A stretch of DNA of 64,000 bases from Geopsychrobacteraceae bacterium. Lineage in GTDB: Bacteria; Desulfobacterota; Desulfuromonadia; Desulfuromonadales; Geopsychrobacteraceae. The notes under the pieces are model-generated. The model ran no database searches. It saw nothing but the letters and a program-made list of their open reading frames with translations, and had not been told where the DNA came from. The stretch spans positions 2,272,001 to 2,336,000 of the forward strand of contig CAXXTB010000002.1 in the NCBI GenBank assembly GCA_963676795.2, given 5' to 3'. Below are positions 49,623-59,352 of the stretch, one piece after another. The number at the start of each line of letters is the position of its first letter. Within the stretch, counting starts at the first letter, position 1. Both the position numbers and the translations under genes were made by a program.

Positions 49623-50057
49623 AAGCCGGGTAAAACCCGGCTTTGCGATTGCGCGAATTCAAGATGCGCAGCATCTTGTTTGAGCGCGTAGAGAATAGCA
49701 GCCCTTAAGCTACGGAGAGAGACAGAAACTGTTTACGTCAGTGTTTTTAAGCGCTTTCTTTTGGTTGCGTTTTCTTTGTCGCCACAAAGAAAATGAACCC
49801 GGCTGGCGGGCCGGAACCCGCCGACTTTGCCTTTCTGAATCGAAACATCCTAAAATCAAAACCTCGGGGTCGCGGCCCCGAACGCCGCCCTCCTTTTTGA
49901 CCAGAGCTTCAAAAAGGAGGCAAAAAACGCTCTTTTTAATGCGTCGGAAGTGTTCCTGCGTTTCTTACGTGGCATCCCACCAGCACCTGACAACACGCCC
50001 AACGATGGGCTTTGCCCATCTGACGGGCAGAAGCGCAGAAACACCTTTCGGTGTTTC
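49623..50057. repeat. Cluster of palindromic REP-like units between flgL and aat
   Basis: Hairpins at 49623-49643, 49660-49678, 49770-49793, 49805-49822, 49864-49881, 49889-49920, 50038-50057; two units in inverted orientation. Confidence 0.55.
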
Positions 50058-50080
50058 GATGAATTGAAACAATCAAACGT

Positions 50081-50764
50081 TCAGAAATAGCTGATCAGAT
50101 CCCCGTGCGGTGGGACCTCGCCCTTTTTCAACAGCGACGTAAACTCGTCGCGGGAAATCTCCCGCGCGCCGAGAGAAACCAGATGATCGGTGCGCTGCTG
50201 ACAGTCGAGCAGGACAAAACCCTGCTCTTTCAGGTGCTGCACCAGGGCGATCAGGGCCACCTTTGAACCGTTGGTTGCCCGGCTGAACATCGACTCACCA
50301 AAAAAACAGCGCCCCAGGCAGACGCCGTAGATCCCGCCGACCAGCTCTTCACCATCCCAGACCTCCACGGAATGGGCAAAGCCAAGCTCATGCAACCGAA
50401 TGTAGGCCTTTTTCATCTCCGGGGTGATCCAGGTCCCCTCTCCTTCGACCCCGGCACGCAGGGAACGGCACCAGTAGATGACCCGTTCAAAACACGCGTC
50501 AAAACTGACCCGCCAGTCGGTGGTTTTCAGGAACCGGCGCATCGAACGGGAGATGTGCAATTCGGCAGGGAACAGGACACAACGGGGATCGGGAGACCAC
50601 CAGAGAATCGGTTCTCCGGGGTTATACCAGGGAAAGATGCCGAGGCTGTAGGCAAACAGCAGACGCTGAACCGAGAGGTCCCCGCCGATCGCAAGCAGAC
50701 CACAGTCGTCTGCTTCGTCGACCGACGGGAACCATAGCTCGTCATCAAGTTGATAAAAAGCCAT
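50081..50764 (-). CDS. aat: Leucyl/phenylalanyl-tRNA--protein transferase
   Basis: GIFPW, WWSPDPR, AHSVEVW, GESMFS, LDCQ. Confidence 0.96.
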   Translation of the reverse strand: MAFYQLDDELWFPSVDEADDCGLLAIGGDLSVQRLLFAYSLGIFPWYNPGEPILWWSPDPRCVLFPAELHISRSMRRFLKTTDWRVSFDACFERVIYWCRSLRAGVEGEGTWITPEMKKAYIRLHELGFAHSVEVWDGEELVGGIYGVCLGRCFFGESMFSRATNGSKVALIALVQHLKEQGFVLLDCQQRTDHLVSLGAREISRDEFTSLLKKGEVPPHGDLISYF

Positions 50765-50768
50765 TCAA

Positions 50769-53012
50769 TTAATTGTAGCGGAAGGTAAACTGCCCGGATT
50801 TGTAACCAATGTTAGCAGCTCCGCCTTTTCTCAATTCTCCGAACAGAATATTTTCCGCCAACGGATCGCTCAGTTCGTTCTGAATCAGCCGCCCTAACGG
50901 ACGGGCACCAAAGAGCGGATCATAACCGCGCTTGGCCAGTTCCTTGCGGGCAGCTGTCGAAACCTTGATCTTGACGTTACGCTCGGCCAGCTGAGCTTCG
51001 AGTTCCCCCAGGAACTTGTCAACGACCTGGAGCATGATCCCTTCGTCGAGCGGAGCAAAATGGACCACGGCATCGAGACGATTGCGGAATTCCGGAGAAA
51101 AGACTCTTTCCAGCGCATTTTTAGGCTTGGCCGCAACCCGGTCACCAAAACCGATCGGCGTCACATTGATCTCCCGTCCGCCGACGTTACTGGTCATGAT
51201 CAGCACAACGTTGCGGAAATCGGTCTCCTTGCCGTTGTTATCGGTCAGGGCCCCATGATCCATGACCTGCAGCAGAATATTGAACAGGTCGGGATGGGCC
51301 TTTTCGATCTCATCAAGTAGCAGCACCGACCAGGGATTCTTATTGACCGATTCGGTCAGCAAACCACCCTGATCGAAACCGACATAACCGGGAGGCGCAC
51401 CGATCAACCGGGCCACCGAATGCTTCTCCATGTACTCACTCATATCGAAGCGCAGGAACTTAACCCCCAGCTGGCTGGCCAGCTGTTTGGCAACCTCGGT
51501 CTTACCAACCCCGGTCGGACCGGTGAAGAGCAACGAACCGACCGGCTTGTCAGCATGGCCGAGTCCGGCCCGGGACCGGTGAATCGACTTGACCAGCTGC
51601 TCGATCGCCGGATTCTGGCCAAAAACCACCCGCTTGAGATCGCGTTCAAGATGGCGCAGCCGCTGACGGTCGCTGCCGGAGATGGAACGAATCGGCACGC
51701 GGGCCATACGGGCCACGACCCGTTCGATATCTTCGATATTGACCGGCCGTTTCGGGTTCCCTTCCAGACGATGCTGGGCCCCCGCCTCGTCGATCACATC
51801 GATCGCCTTGTCCGGCAGATGGCGCTGCGGCAGATGCTTGACCGCCAACTGAACGGCCGACTCAAGCGCCTCTTCGGTGTAAACGACCTTATGATGTTCC
51901 TGATAGCGCGGAGCCAGGCCACGCAGGATCTCCAGCGCTTCCTCGGCACTCGGCTCATGCAGGTCGATCTTCTGGAAACGCCTTGACAGAGCCCGGTCCT
52001 TGTCGAACAGGTTGCGGTACTCCTCGTAGGTGGTTGAGCCCATGCAGCGGATCTCCCCGGAACCGAGCGCCGGCTTGAGGATATTCGACGCATCGAGAGA
52101 ACCGCCGCTGGTCGCGCCGGCGCCGACGATGGTATGGATTTCGTCGATAAACAGAATGGCGTTGTCCCGCACCTGCAGTGCATTGACCACCGCCTTGAGG
52201 CGTTCCTCAAAGTCGCCGCGGAACTTGGTGCCGGCCAGCAGTGCGCCCATATCGAGGGTGAACAGCTCGCTGTCCTTGAGCAGATCAGGGACATTCCCTT
52301 CGGCCACCCGCAGCGCCAGCCCTTCGGCCATGGCAGTCTTGCCGACCCCAGGCTCGCCGACAAAGATCGGGTTGTTCTTGCGCCGGCGGCACAAGACAAG
52401 GATGGTCCGCTCCAGCTCCTGGTCACGGCCGATCAGCGGATCGATCTTCCCCTCTTTGGCCCGGGCGATCAGATCGATGGTATAGGCCTCAAGCGGATCG
52501 ACCTTCTTCTGCTTCTTTTTGTCAGGATCGCCGGAGGGAGCACGGTGAGGCTTCTCCTCCTCCCGCTTGGTCCCGGAGCCGTGAGAGATATAATCGAGCA
52601 GATCGACCCGTTCGATCCCCTGGCTCTGCAGAAAATAACAGGCGTGCGAATTCTCCTCTTCAAGGATCGCCGCCAACAGGTCGCCGACCCCGACCTCCGA
52701 CTGCTGCGCCGATTGCATGTGCAGGACGGTGCGCTGCAACATCCGTTGCAGGGCCAGCGTCTGGCGCGGGACCTCTTCCATCTTGACATCTTCGGGCAGC
52801 TGCTCGAGCTGACGCTCAAAAAACTCTTCGAGATGAATTTTAAGTTCTTCGATGTCACCGCCGCAGGCAATCAGGATCTGTTGTCCGACGCCCTCGAAGA
52901 GCAGCGCGTAGAGCACATGCTCAGTGGTCAGATATTCGTGTCTTCTGCGCTGCGCTTCACGCACAGCCAGGGTGAAAGCTACCTGGACATCCTGATTAAA
53001 CATCTCGGCCAT
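50769..53012 (-). CDS. clpA: ATP-dependent Clp protease ATP-binding subunit ClpA
   Basis: Two AAA+ modules (GEPGVGKT, GPTGVGKT), no M-domain, IGF loop; follows clpS. Confidence 0.96.
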   Translation of the reverse strand: MAEMFNQDVQVAFTLAVREAQRRRHEYLTTEHVLYALLFEGVGQQILIACGGDIEELKIHLEEFFERQLEQLPEDVKMEEVPRQTLALQRMLQRTVLHMQSAQQSEVGVGDLLAAILEEENSHACYFLQSQGIERVDLLDYISHGSGTKREEEKPHRAPSGDPDKKKQKKVDPLEAYTIDLIARAKEGKIDPLIGRDQELERTILVLCRRRKNNPIFVGEPGVGKTAMAEGLALRVAEGNVPDLLKDSELFTLDMGALLAGTKFRGDFEERLKAVVNALQVRDNAILFIDEIHTIVGAGATSGGSLDASNILKPALGSGEIRCMGSTTYEEYRNLFDKDRALSRRFQKIDLHEPSAEEALEILRGLAPRYQEHHKVVYTEEALESAVQLAVKHLPQRHLPDKAIDVIDEAGAQHRLEGNPKRPVNIEDIERVVARMARVPIRSISGSDRQRLRHLERDLKRVVFGQNPAIEQLVKSIHRSRAGLGHADKPVGSLLFTGPTGVGKTEVAKQLASQLGVKFLRFDMSEYMEKHSVARLIGAPPGYVGFDQGGLLTESVNKNPWSVLLLDEIEKAHPDLFNILLQVMDHGALTDNNGKETDFRNVVLIMTSNVGGREINVTPIGFGDRVAAKPKNALERVFSPEFRNRLDAVVHFAPLDEGIMLQVVDKFLGELEAQLAERNVKIKVSTAARKELAKRGYDPLFGARPLGRLIQNELSDPLAENILFGELRKGGAANIGYKSGQFTFRYN

Positions 53013-53013
53013 A

Positions 53014-53334
53014 TCAAGCCTCCTCTAGCGAACAGCGCAAAGGGAACCCGGCCTCCCTGGCCTTTCTTCGGGCCAGCTCCGCTTTTATTTCGGCAACAGC
53101 AAACGGGTATGTCCCGCAATGACCGACACCCTGGTAATGGATCGTCAACATGATCTGTTCCGCGTCGGACCAGTTCTTGTGAAAAACATCCTGGAGAACC
53201 TCCACGACGAACTCCATCGTGGTGTAATCGTCATTATGCATCAAGACCTTGAACAGTGACGGTGTCTGTACCTCCTGCCTGGTTTTGACTTTGACCCTGG
53301 TCTTATGTCCGGTATTGGTCGCTGGGTTACCCAT
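53014..53334 (-). CDS. clpS: Clp protease adaptor ClpS
   Basis: NDDYTTMEFVV, FPLRC. Confidence 0.96.
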   Translation of the reverse strand: MGNPATNTGHKTRVKVKTRQEVQTPSLFKVLMHNDDYTTMEFVVEVLQDVFHKNWSDAEQIMLTIHYQGVGHCGTYPFAVAEIKAELARRKAREAGFPLRCSLEEA

Positions 53335-53436
53335 AAAGCTTGATTCCTGTTTCCCTCTGCTTAATAATTACTAAAGATTTCTTTTTGCATAGTAGCACAA
53401 TCGACTCACGACAAGAAAGCCACTGGAGAGAGATTG

Positions 53437-53799
53437 ATGAATCAGATCTACGCGAACAAACGCCGCCGTCCCGACCTGATCCTCAGGCTCCTCGCCTGTA
53501 TGAACGCCAGCGCAGTAGTTTCCCTTGTCATCGCCCTCTTCCTCGTCGCTTTTGCCAAGCCCGACCTGGAAACCTTCTTCGATCGCTATTACAACATCGC
53601 CCTGCGCACAACCTGGGATCAAAGTTTCTTCGTCTATATCGGCTTTTTCCTTTTCCTGAGTCTGCTGACCAGTCTGCTCGGTCTCTATTTCAACAGCAAG
53701 CGCCTCAAGCGCAAGGGAGATTACATCCACTCGACCCTGGTCATCAGCCTGGTGATCTCCTGCATTGCCCTGTTTTTCTTTTTCCGGCTCATCATGTAA
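53437..53799 (+). CDS. Hypothetical 3-TM membrane protein
   Basis: RBS-like GGAG/GAGAG upstream, three hydrophobic segments, fills an intergenic gap. Confidence 0.65.
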   Translation: MNQIYANKRRRPDLILRLLACMNASAVVSLVIALFLVAFAKPDLETFFDRYYNIALRTTWDQSFFVYIGFFLFLSLLTSLLGLYFNSKRLKRKGDYIHSTLVISLVISCIALFFFFRLIM

Positions 53800-53957
53800 G
53801 TCGGAAAAATCGATCGTGAAATCCTTACGAGCAGCTCATTATCCTCTTAATAGGATAGCAAACTATTGTCGTTTCTGCGCCGCTCTTGTCCCCTTCACGC
53901 CACTCTGCTATGTTGGCAAAAATCCTGAAATCACTGCAATGACAAGGACCAACCTGA

Positions 53958-55235
53958 ATGATATCAAATAGTTTTTCTGACCCAACAGTTTTCATCCTGC
54001 CAGGAGTAACCCTCTTGCTCGGTCTCTTACTCGGCTGGCTGTGGGGACGCCTGCGGGGGCGCAGCAAAGAGAACGCGCTGAGTCAGCAACTGACGCGCTG
54101 TGAAGCAAAACTTGAAGCGGAAGTTGCCGGTTCGGCGGAAAAGATCCGGTTTCTCAAGGAAAGTCAACAACAGGTCGAAAGGAACTTTCAGGCCCTCTCG
54201 GCCCGGGCCCTGGCGGCCAACAACCGCAGCTTTCTCGACCTGGCCAAAACCACCCTTGACGGCTATCAACAGCAGGCCAAGGGAGATCTGGAGAAACGCC
54301 AGGACGCCATTTCGCAGCTGGTTCGCCCCCTGCAGGACTCGCTGCTCAAGGTCGACGCCAAGATCGAGGCGCTGGAGAAATCGCGTACGGACGCCTACGC
54401 CCGCCTCGATGAGCAGCTGAAAAGCCTGGTGGAAAGCCAGGGCAAACTGGAAAAAGAGGCCGGCAACCTGGTCAGAGCACTGCGCAACCCTTCTGTACGT
54501 GGTCGCTGGGGCGAGATCCAGCTGCGCAAGGTTGTCGAAATGGCGGGGATGGTCAACTACTGCGATTTTATCGAGCAGGAAACTGCGGCTGGCGGACGGC
54601 TGCGCCCCGACATGGTCATCAAACTGCCGAACGGCCGCAACATCATCGTCGACTCCAAGGCACCCCTACAGGCCTACCTCGACTCGCTGGAAGCAGGCGA
54701 CGATCAGCAGCGCACCCTGGCGCTCCAGCAGCATGCCCGCCAGATCCGCGACCACCTGCAGAAACTCTCGCAAAAGAGTTACTGGGAACAGTTTCAGCCG
54801 ACGCCGGAGTTTGTCGTGCTCTTCCTGCCCGGCGAGACCTTCTTTTCCGCAGCGCTGGCCCAGGATCCACAGCTGATCGAAGCGGGCGTCGAGCAGAAGA
54901 TCCTGCTCGCCACCCCGACCACCCTGATCGCCCTGCTCCGCTCGGTCGCCTACGGCTGGCGCCAGGAGCAATTGACCGAAAACGCCATGGAGATCAGTCG
55001 CTTGGGCAGTGAATTACACGACCGGCTGGCGACCATGACCGGACATTTCTCCCAGCTCGGCAAAGGGCTCGACAAGGCGGTCGAAGGGTACAACAAGGCG
55101 ATGGCGTCTTTTGAGAGCCGGGTTCTCGTCTCGGCGCGTAAGTTCAGGGAGCTCGGCACCAACGGCAGTAAACAGATAGAGAACCTCGGTGCATTGAATA
55201 CCCATCCGCAGGCAACGAATGGGGATGAAGAGTGA
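53958..55235 (+). CDS. rmuC: DNA recombination protein RmuC
   Basis: N-terminal TM plus coiled coil, [36 protein letters not shown]. Confidence 0.93.
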   Translation: MISNSFSDPTVFILPGVTLLLGLLLGWLWGRLRGRSKENALSQQLTRCEAKLEAEVAGSAEKIRFLKESQQQVERNFQALSARALAANNRSFLDLAKTTLDGYQQQAKGDLEKRQDAISQLVRPLQDSLLKVDAKIEALEKSRTDAYARLDEQLKSLVESQGKLEKEAGNLVRALRNPSVRGRWGEIQLRKVVEMAGMVNYCDFIEQETAAGGRLRPDMVIKLPNGRNIIVDSKAPLQAYLDSLEAGDDQQRTLALQQHARQIRDHLQKLSQKSYWEQFQPTPEFVVLFLPGETFFSAALAQDPQLIEAGVEQKILLATPTTLIALLRSVAYGWRQEQLTENAMEISRLGSELHDRLATMTGHFSQLGKGLDKAVEGYNKAMASFESRVLVSARKFRELGTNGSKQIENLGALNTHPQATNGDEE

Positions 55236-55246
55236 TTGGACGTTGA

Positions 55247-55561
55247 TCAGATAAACAGGGCAATCATTCCCCCCACGGTGCCCGCCGCTTTCAGATATTG
55301 GCCGACCCTGTAATAAGCATCCTGCTCCGCCGTGTCTTCCTCAAGGTCGATCCCGAGTGTTCCACACGCCAGAAACTTGAGTTTTTTAGTGCTGAAGTCA
55401 GGATCGGGCGAACTCTCTTTAACACCATCTGCGCCCTCGCCAGCGGCGACAGCGTCCGGGGCCGGCACCGTTTCCTCAGCTTCAGCCTCTGTCGACCTCA
55501 GGGATATATCCAGCGCGGAATATTGCAGTATCGGAAGACTCTGACTCGAAGAGACATTCAT
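55247..55561 (-). CDS. Small hypothetical protein, paralog of 57060..57335
   Basis: Shares (F)xACGxLGID and GQY(L/V)xAAx(T/S)V..I(A/S)LF(I/V) with the 91-aa ORF. Confidence 0.75.
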   Translation of the reverse strand: MNVSSSQSLPILQYSALDISLRSTEAEAEETVPAPDAVAAGEGADGVKESSPDPDFSTKKLKFLACGTLGIDLEEDTAEQDAYYRVGQYLKAAGTVGGMIALFI

Positions 55562-55878
55562 ATGCGCCCCATAGTAAAAAATTAATAGGAACCAATCGCA
55601 GACTACCTCAAGTAGCCCCTAAGTACTGCAACGATACGGTAACAGTTCTTTGTAATTAATTAGCGTTTTTGAATTCCGTAGCATGTCAGCCCCCTGCCCA
55701 AACACAAGAAACGCAACGGAATGTATCAGATCTCCACACTGCCTTACTCACCAGCTGAGTTTTCCATATTCGAGATACAGCACGATACGCAAAAGCTATA
55801 CAGAACCCCTCGAAAGCAAGCGATAAGGGGGGACGTTTGAATAACAACCATGACATTTACTATTTTCTGGAGGCTTCC

Positions 55879-56982
55879 GTGAAAAGGCTATTGTTGATTT
55901 CCGTTATCTTACTCTGTACCGCAGGGTGTTCGATGGATCTTCCCAACCCACCATGGGTCTCAACCTCCTTGAAAATTACACCGCTGTCGAAATCGGATTA
56001 CGACACATCAATCGACGGGCAACTGGCAACACTCATCAATCAGGTCGAAAAGCAACTGGCGGGGCTGGCCTGCAAAGACATTGGAGTTCTTCAGGTGGTC
56101 GATCTTGAGGGGGAAGAAGGAACCTTTGAAAAATATATCAAGGATGAACTGGTCAACAGGCTTTCACGGAGTGCCAAATTCAGAGTCTTCCCCATCGATG
56201 ATCTATCGGAAAATTACGAGAACAGAAAGACCTCGATGTGGGAAGAGGTCAAATATTATTTTATCAATGAACCCGTCTATCTGACCGGAACGACCGTTGA
56301 TCTGCCCAGAGGCGTCAGGGTCGGGGTACAGATCGTATCGATGAAAACGGGACAGGTTAAGAGCACGGCTTCGATGCTATTTCATAAAGACCAGGCTCTC
56401 AGGGAGCTGACGGATGAGACAGTTGAAGGCCGGATCGGTCATGACATGGCGGGCTTCAGCCAGTATGACAACTCTTCATCCGGACGGGTACTGAAGGTCA
56501 GTGATAATGATTTCATCGATCTGATTCGTGATGTTTACACGCTCTATATCAAAAGAATCAATTTTGAGTACAACCTGTTTGTCGACGCAGAATCCACGGT
56601 CGAAATCTTTCTGAATGAAGACTACCGCATCATGAGTGTTGGCGATATGCTCAGCTTTTCCTACGGCAGTCATGAGTTCGTCCTGTCTTTGCAGCGCGTG
56701 GCCAATCATCGGGCCATTTTCACCTTTGCCAGCCTGAACCCACTTGAAGAGGATACCACGACCAGCTCGCTCTTTAATAACAATAGAGCTCCAAGCCATC
56801 TTTTCGCGACGGAGTGGAAAGCCCCTGATCAACCAGGCTCCGGGGTAGCGATACTGAACGCTGGCATAACGCCTGCCCCGCTCGCCATCCCGGCAGATTA
56901 TTGCATCGCTTTTATTGCAGGGATCGCCCCCGGCATCAGACGCCGCCAACAGAGCAAAGAGCAGACCAGCGTTGTGGGGTAA
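55879..56982 (+). CDS. Hypothetical lipoprotein, possibly FlgO/CsgG-like N-terminal domain
   Basis: GGAGG RBS plus GTG; lipobox-like TAGC; IGVLQVVDL..ELVNRL..FRV alpha/beta pattern. Confidence 0.6.
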   Translation: MKRLLLISVILLCTAGCSMDLPNPPWVSTSLKITPLSKSDYDTSIDGQLATLINQVEKQLAGLACKDIGVLQVVDLEGEEGTFEKYIKDELVNRLSRSAKFRVFPIDDLSENYENRKTSMWEEVKYYFINEPVYLTGTTVDLPRGVRVGVQIVSMKTGQVKSTASMLFHKDQALRELTDETVEGRIGHDMAGFSQYDNSSSGRVLKVSDNDFIDLIRDVYTLYIKRINFEYNLFVDAESTVEIFLNEDYRIMSVGDMLSFSYGSHEFVLSLQRVANHRAIFTFASLNPLEEDTTTSSLFNNNRAPSHLFATEWKAPDQPGSGVAILNAGITPAPLAIPADYCIAFIAGIAPGIRRRQQSKEQTSVVG

Positions 56983-57059
56983 CAGGGACTGCAGCCTCAA
57001 CTATTGCTTTTTCTGTCGCAAGGGGCACGACACAATAACCGTCAGCAAAAGGGGGAACG

Positions 57060-57335
57060 ATGAATATCACACCGCCAAGCAACCCCTATCGTCAATATCT
57101 GGAGACCAGTAAGGCCGCTAAAACAAAAGATGACATAACGCCGACAGAAACTGAGGATAGCAGCCTCGAAGGGATAAAGAACTTTGCCTGCGGACTGCTG
57201 GGCATCGATGAACCCAACAACGCCAGTGCAGAAACACAGCAGGCGTCCTCCGAGGGGGACAGCCTGCTCTATAACGCCGGTCAGTATGTCAGTGCTGCGG
57301 CATCGGTTGCCAGTATCATCAGCCTCTTTGTCTGA
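57060..57335 (+). CDS. Small hypothetical protein, paralog of 55247..55561
   Basis: RBS AGGGGG; internal paralogy. Confidence 0.75.
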   Translation: MNITPPSNPYRQYLETSKAAKTKDDITPTETEDSSLEGIKNFACGLLGIDEPNNASAETQQASSEGDSLLYNAGQYVSAAASVASIISLFV

Positions 57336-57376
57336 TCAGTTCTTAAAACAGAACCATGCCATCAGGTTCACAAAAT

Positions 57377-58612
57377 TCAATCCTGGCGATGCGTCCACTT
57401 TTTGACCTGTTTATCAACTCCATCGCGCAGCCCTTTTGCCCCCTTTTTAAATTTCATGAGCCACAAGCGGGCCCAAGCGAATTCGATCGAGAGGACCCCC
57501 AGCCCGACAGGGATAATCAGGATCGCGGGACCGGGGAGAAAAATCATCACCACGCCGATCAGCAGGATCGACGAACCGACAATCAGGATAACAACCCGCC
57601 GCGCCTGCCTGTAAGTCAGCTGGACCAACCTTTCAAAATCATCAAGGAACGGCGAAAGCAAGGCCGCCGGGTCATTCTTGCCGACAATCAGCGAAGCCGC
57701 AACCCCCACCGACAATAGCCCGCAGATAACCGCCAGAGAGACGACATTCGGAATCGGGTAGTGATGATGGAGCAGCATCTTGACACCGACATAAGCGAGG
57801 ATAAAGACCAGGCTCATCTTCAGATAGCGGAATCGCTCCATCAACCCGGCAATGGCAAAATAGAGCGACCTTAAACCCAAAATCGCGAAGACGTTGGAGG
57901 TAAAGACCAGGAAAGGATCGCGTGTCACCGCCAGGACCGCCGGAATTGAGTCGAGGGCGAACATCACATCACTGGTCTCGACCAGGATCAGGGACAAAAG
58001 CAGCGGGGTTCCAGCACGCCGACCATCGATTCTGATGAAGAAGCGCCCTTCGGCAAACTCGCTGCTGAACGGATAGATGCGCCGCGCCAATCTGACGGCC
58101 AAGTTCTGGTCGGGGTGAATGGTGTCGTGTCGGGCGATCAGCATCTTGACCGCGGAAACCATCAGGAAGAGTCCGAAAAAGTAGAACAGCCATTGAAACT
58201 GATTAAGCAGACCGATTCCGGCAAAGATCATCACCCCGCGCAGCACAACGGCGGAAAGAATCCCCCAGAACAACACTCGGTGCTGCTCGTTCAAAGGCAC
58301 CCTGAAAAATGAAAAGATCATCGCGATGACAAAGATGTTGTCGATCGACAGCGATTTCTCCAGCAGGTAGCCGGTCAGAAACTGGGTCGCCGCCTGCCTG
58401 CCGGTCAGCTCAGCGGTCCAGCCCTGCCAGCTCTGATCATACAGAAAATAGACCAGGACGTTAAAGAGCAGTGCCAGGCTGATCCAGAACAGGGTCCAGG
58501 CCAGGGCCTCATGGATCGAAATCATATGCGACTTGCGATGGAAAACCCCAAGATCAAGGGCAACAATGACAATAACCAGCAGCAGGAACAGAAGCCAGAC
58601 AACGAGACTCAT
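57377..58612 (-). CDS. TerC/Alx family membrane protein fused to a C-terminal PGPGW-like domain
   Basis: GYLLEKSLSIDNIFV, DVMFALDSIPA, SNVFAILGLRSLYF; tail LPGPAIL..EFAWAR. Confidence 0.88.
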   Translation of the reverse strand: MSLVVWLLFLLLVIVIVALDLGVFHRKSHMISIHEALAWTLFWISLALLFNVLVYFLYDQSWQGWTAELTGRQAATQFLTGYLLEKSLSIDNIFVIAMIFSFFRVPLNEQHRVLFWGILSAVVLRGVMIFAGIGLLNQFQWLFYFFGLFLMVSAVKMLIARHDTIHPDQNLAVRLARRIYPFSSEFAEGRFFIRIDGRRAGTPLLLSLILVETSDVMFALDSIPAVLAVTRDPFLVFTSNVFAILGLRSLYFAIAGLMERFRYLKMSLVFILAYVGVKMLLHHHYPIPNVVSLAVICGLLSVGVAASLIVGKNDPAALLSPFLDDFERLVQLTYRQARRVVILIVGSSILLIGVVMIFLPGPAILIIPVGLGVLSIEFAWARLWLMKFKKGAKGLRDGVDKQVKKWTHRQD

Positions 58613-58651
58613 AAGATTTCCAAAATTAAAGAAAATGAGAAGATATCCGGT

Positions 58652-59284
58652 TCAGCTGCCAAACAGCCCACTTGACAACAGCCCGTTGAATACAAACTGA
58701 ACGGCAAGTGCGGTCAGCAGCACACCGAAAACCCGGCTGATAACATGCATCCCGGTGACTCCAAAAACACGCTGAACACGGGTAGCTGCAAGCAGCAGAA
58801 CCAGGGTCAGCAGTAGAACCAGCAGCAGTGCAAGCAGCACTCCGAGCTCATGAAGAAGATCTCCCTTACCGTTGGCCATCAGCAGAATTGCCGAACCCAT
58901 CGCCCCCGGACCGGCAATCAGCGGCGTCGCCAGCGGCACGATAGACACGTCCTGCTTGCCGAAGGCCTCGCTGGTCTCTTCATCAGTCGTCGATGTCCCC
59001 CCCGATTGACGGGCGAAAACCATTTCGATACCGATCAACAACAGCAGAATTCCGCCGGCAACTTTCAGCGCAGCCAGAGAAATCCCCAGAGAACGCAGCA
59101 ACAGCTCACCGACCAAGGCAAAGGCAAACAGAATCAGGGCGGAAACGGCTACCCCGCGCAGAGCCATGATACGGCGAAAATCGGCCGTCGCAAGCGGGGT
59201 CATGGCGGCGAACATGACGGCCACGTCGATCGGACCGATGGTCGCGAAAAAGGTTGTAAAGGCGACAATAAAGGTTTCCAGCAT
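58652..59284 (-). CDS. MarC family membrane protein
   Basis: GISL.ALKVAGGILL, VPLATPLIAGPGA, RVFGVLL. Confidence 0.9.
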   Translation of the reverse strand: MLETFIVAFTTFFATIGPIDVAVMFAAMTPLATADFRRIMALRGVAVSALILFAFALVGELLLRSLGISLAALKVAGGILLLLIGIEMVFARQSGGTSTTDEETSEAFGKQDVSIVPLATPLIAGPGAMGSAILLMANGKGDLLHELGVLLALLLVLLLTLVLLLAATRVQRVFGVTGMHVISRVFGVLLTALAVQFVFNGLLSSGLFGS

Positions 59285-59352
59285 TGCATCGCTCCACCAG
59301 TAAAGCATCCCGTAACAGCGAATTCGAAATATGGCTCAAAAAAACAGCTGTT

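Noticed and set aside
49741..50067. 108-aa and 62-aa ORFs in the flgL-aat spacer
   Set aside because: No RBS or motifs; they run across palindromic repeats.
50081..53334. clpS-clpA-aat cluster as a novel system
   Set aside because: This is the well-known N-degron pathway arrangement.
55780..55835. c-di-GMP-I (GEMM) riboswitch-like words (ACGCAAAAGC, GAAA, GGGACG)
   Set aside because: The elements are in the wrong order and the P1/P2 stems cannot be formed.
56476..57000. 174-aa minus-strand ORF
   Set aside because: Overlaps the lipoprotein gene, which has a clear RBS and lipobox; no recognisable features.
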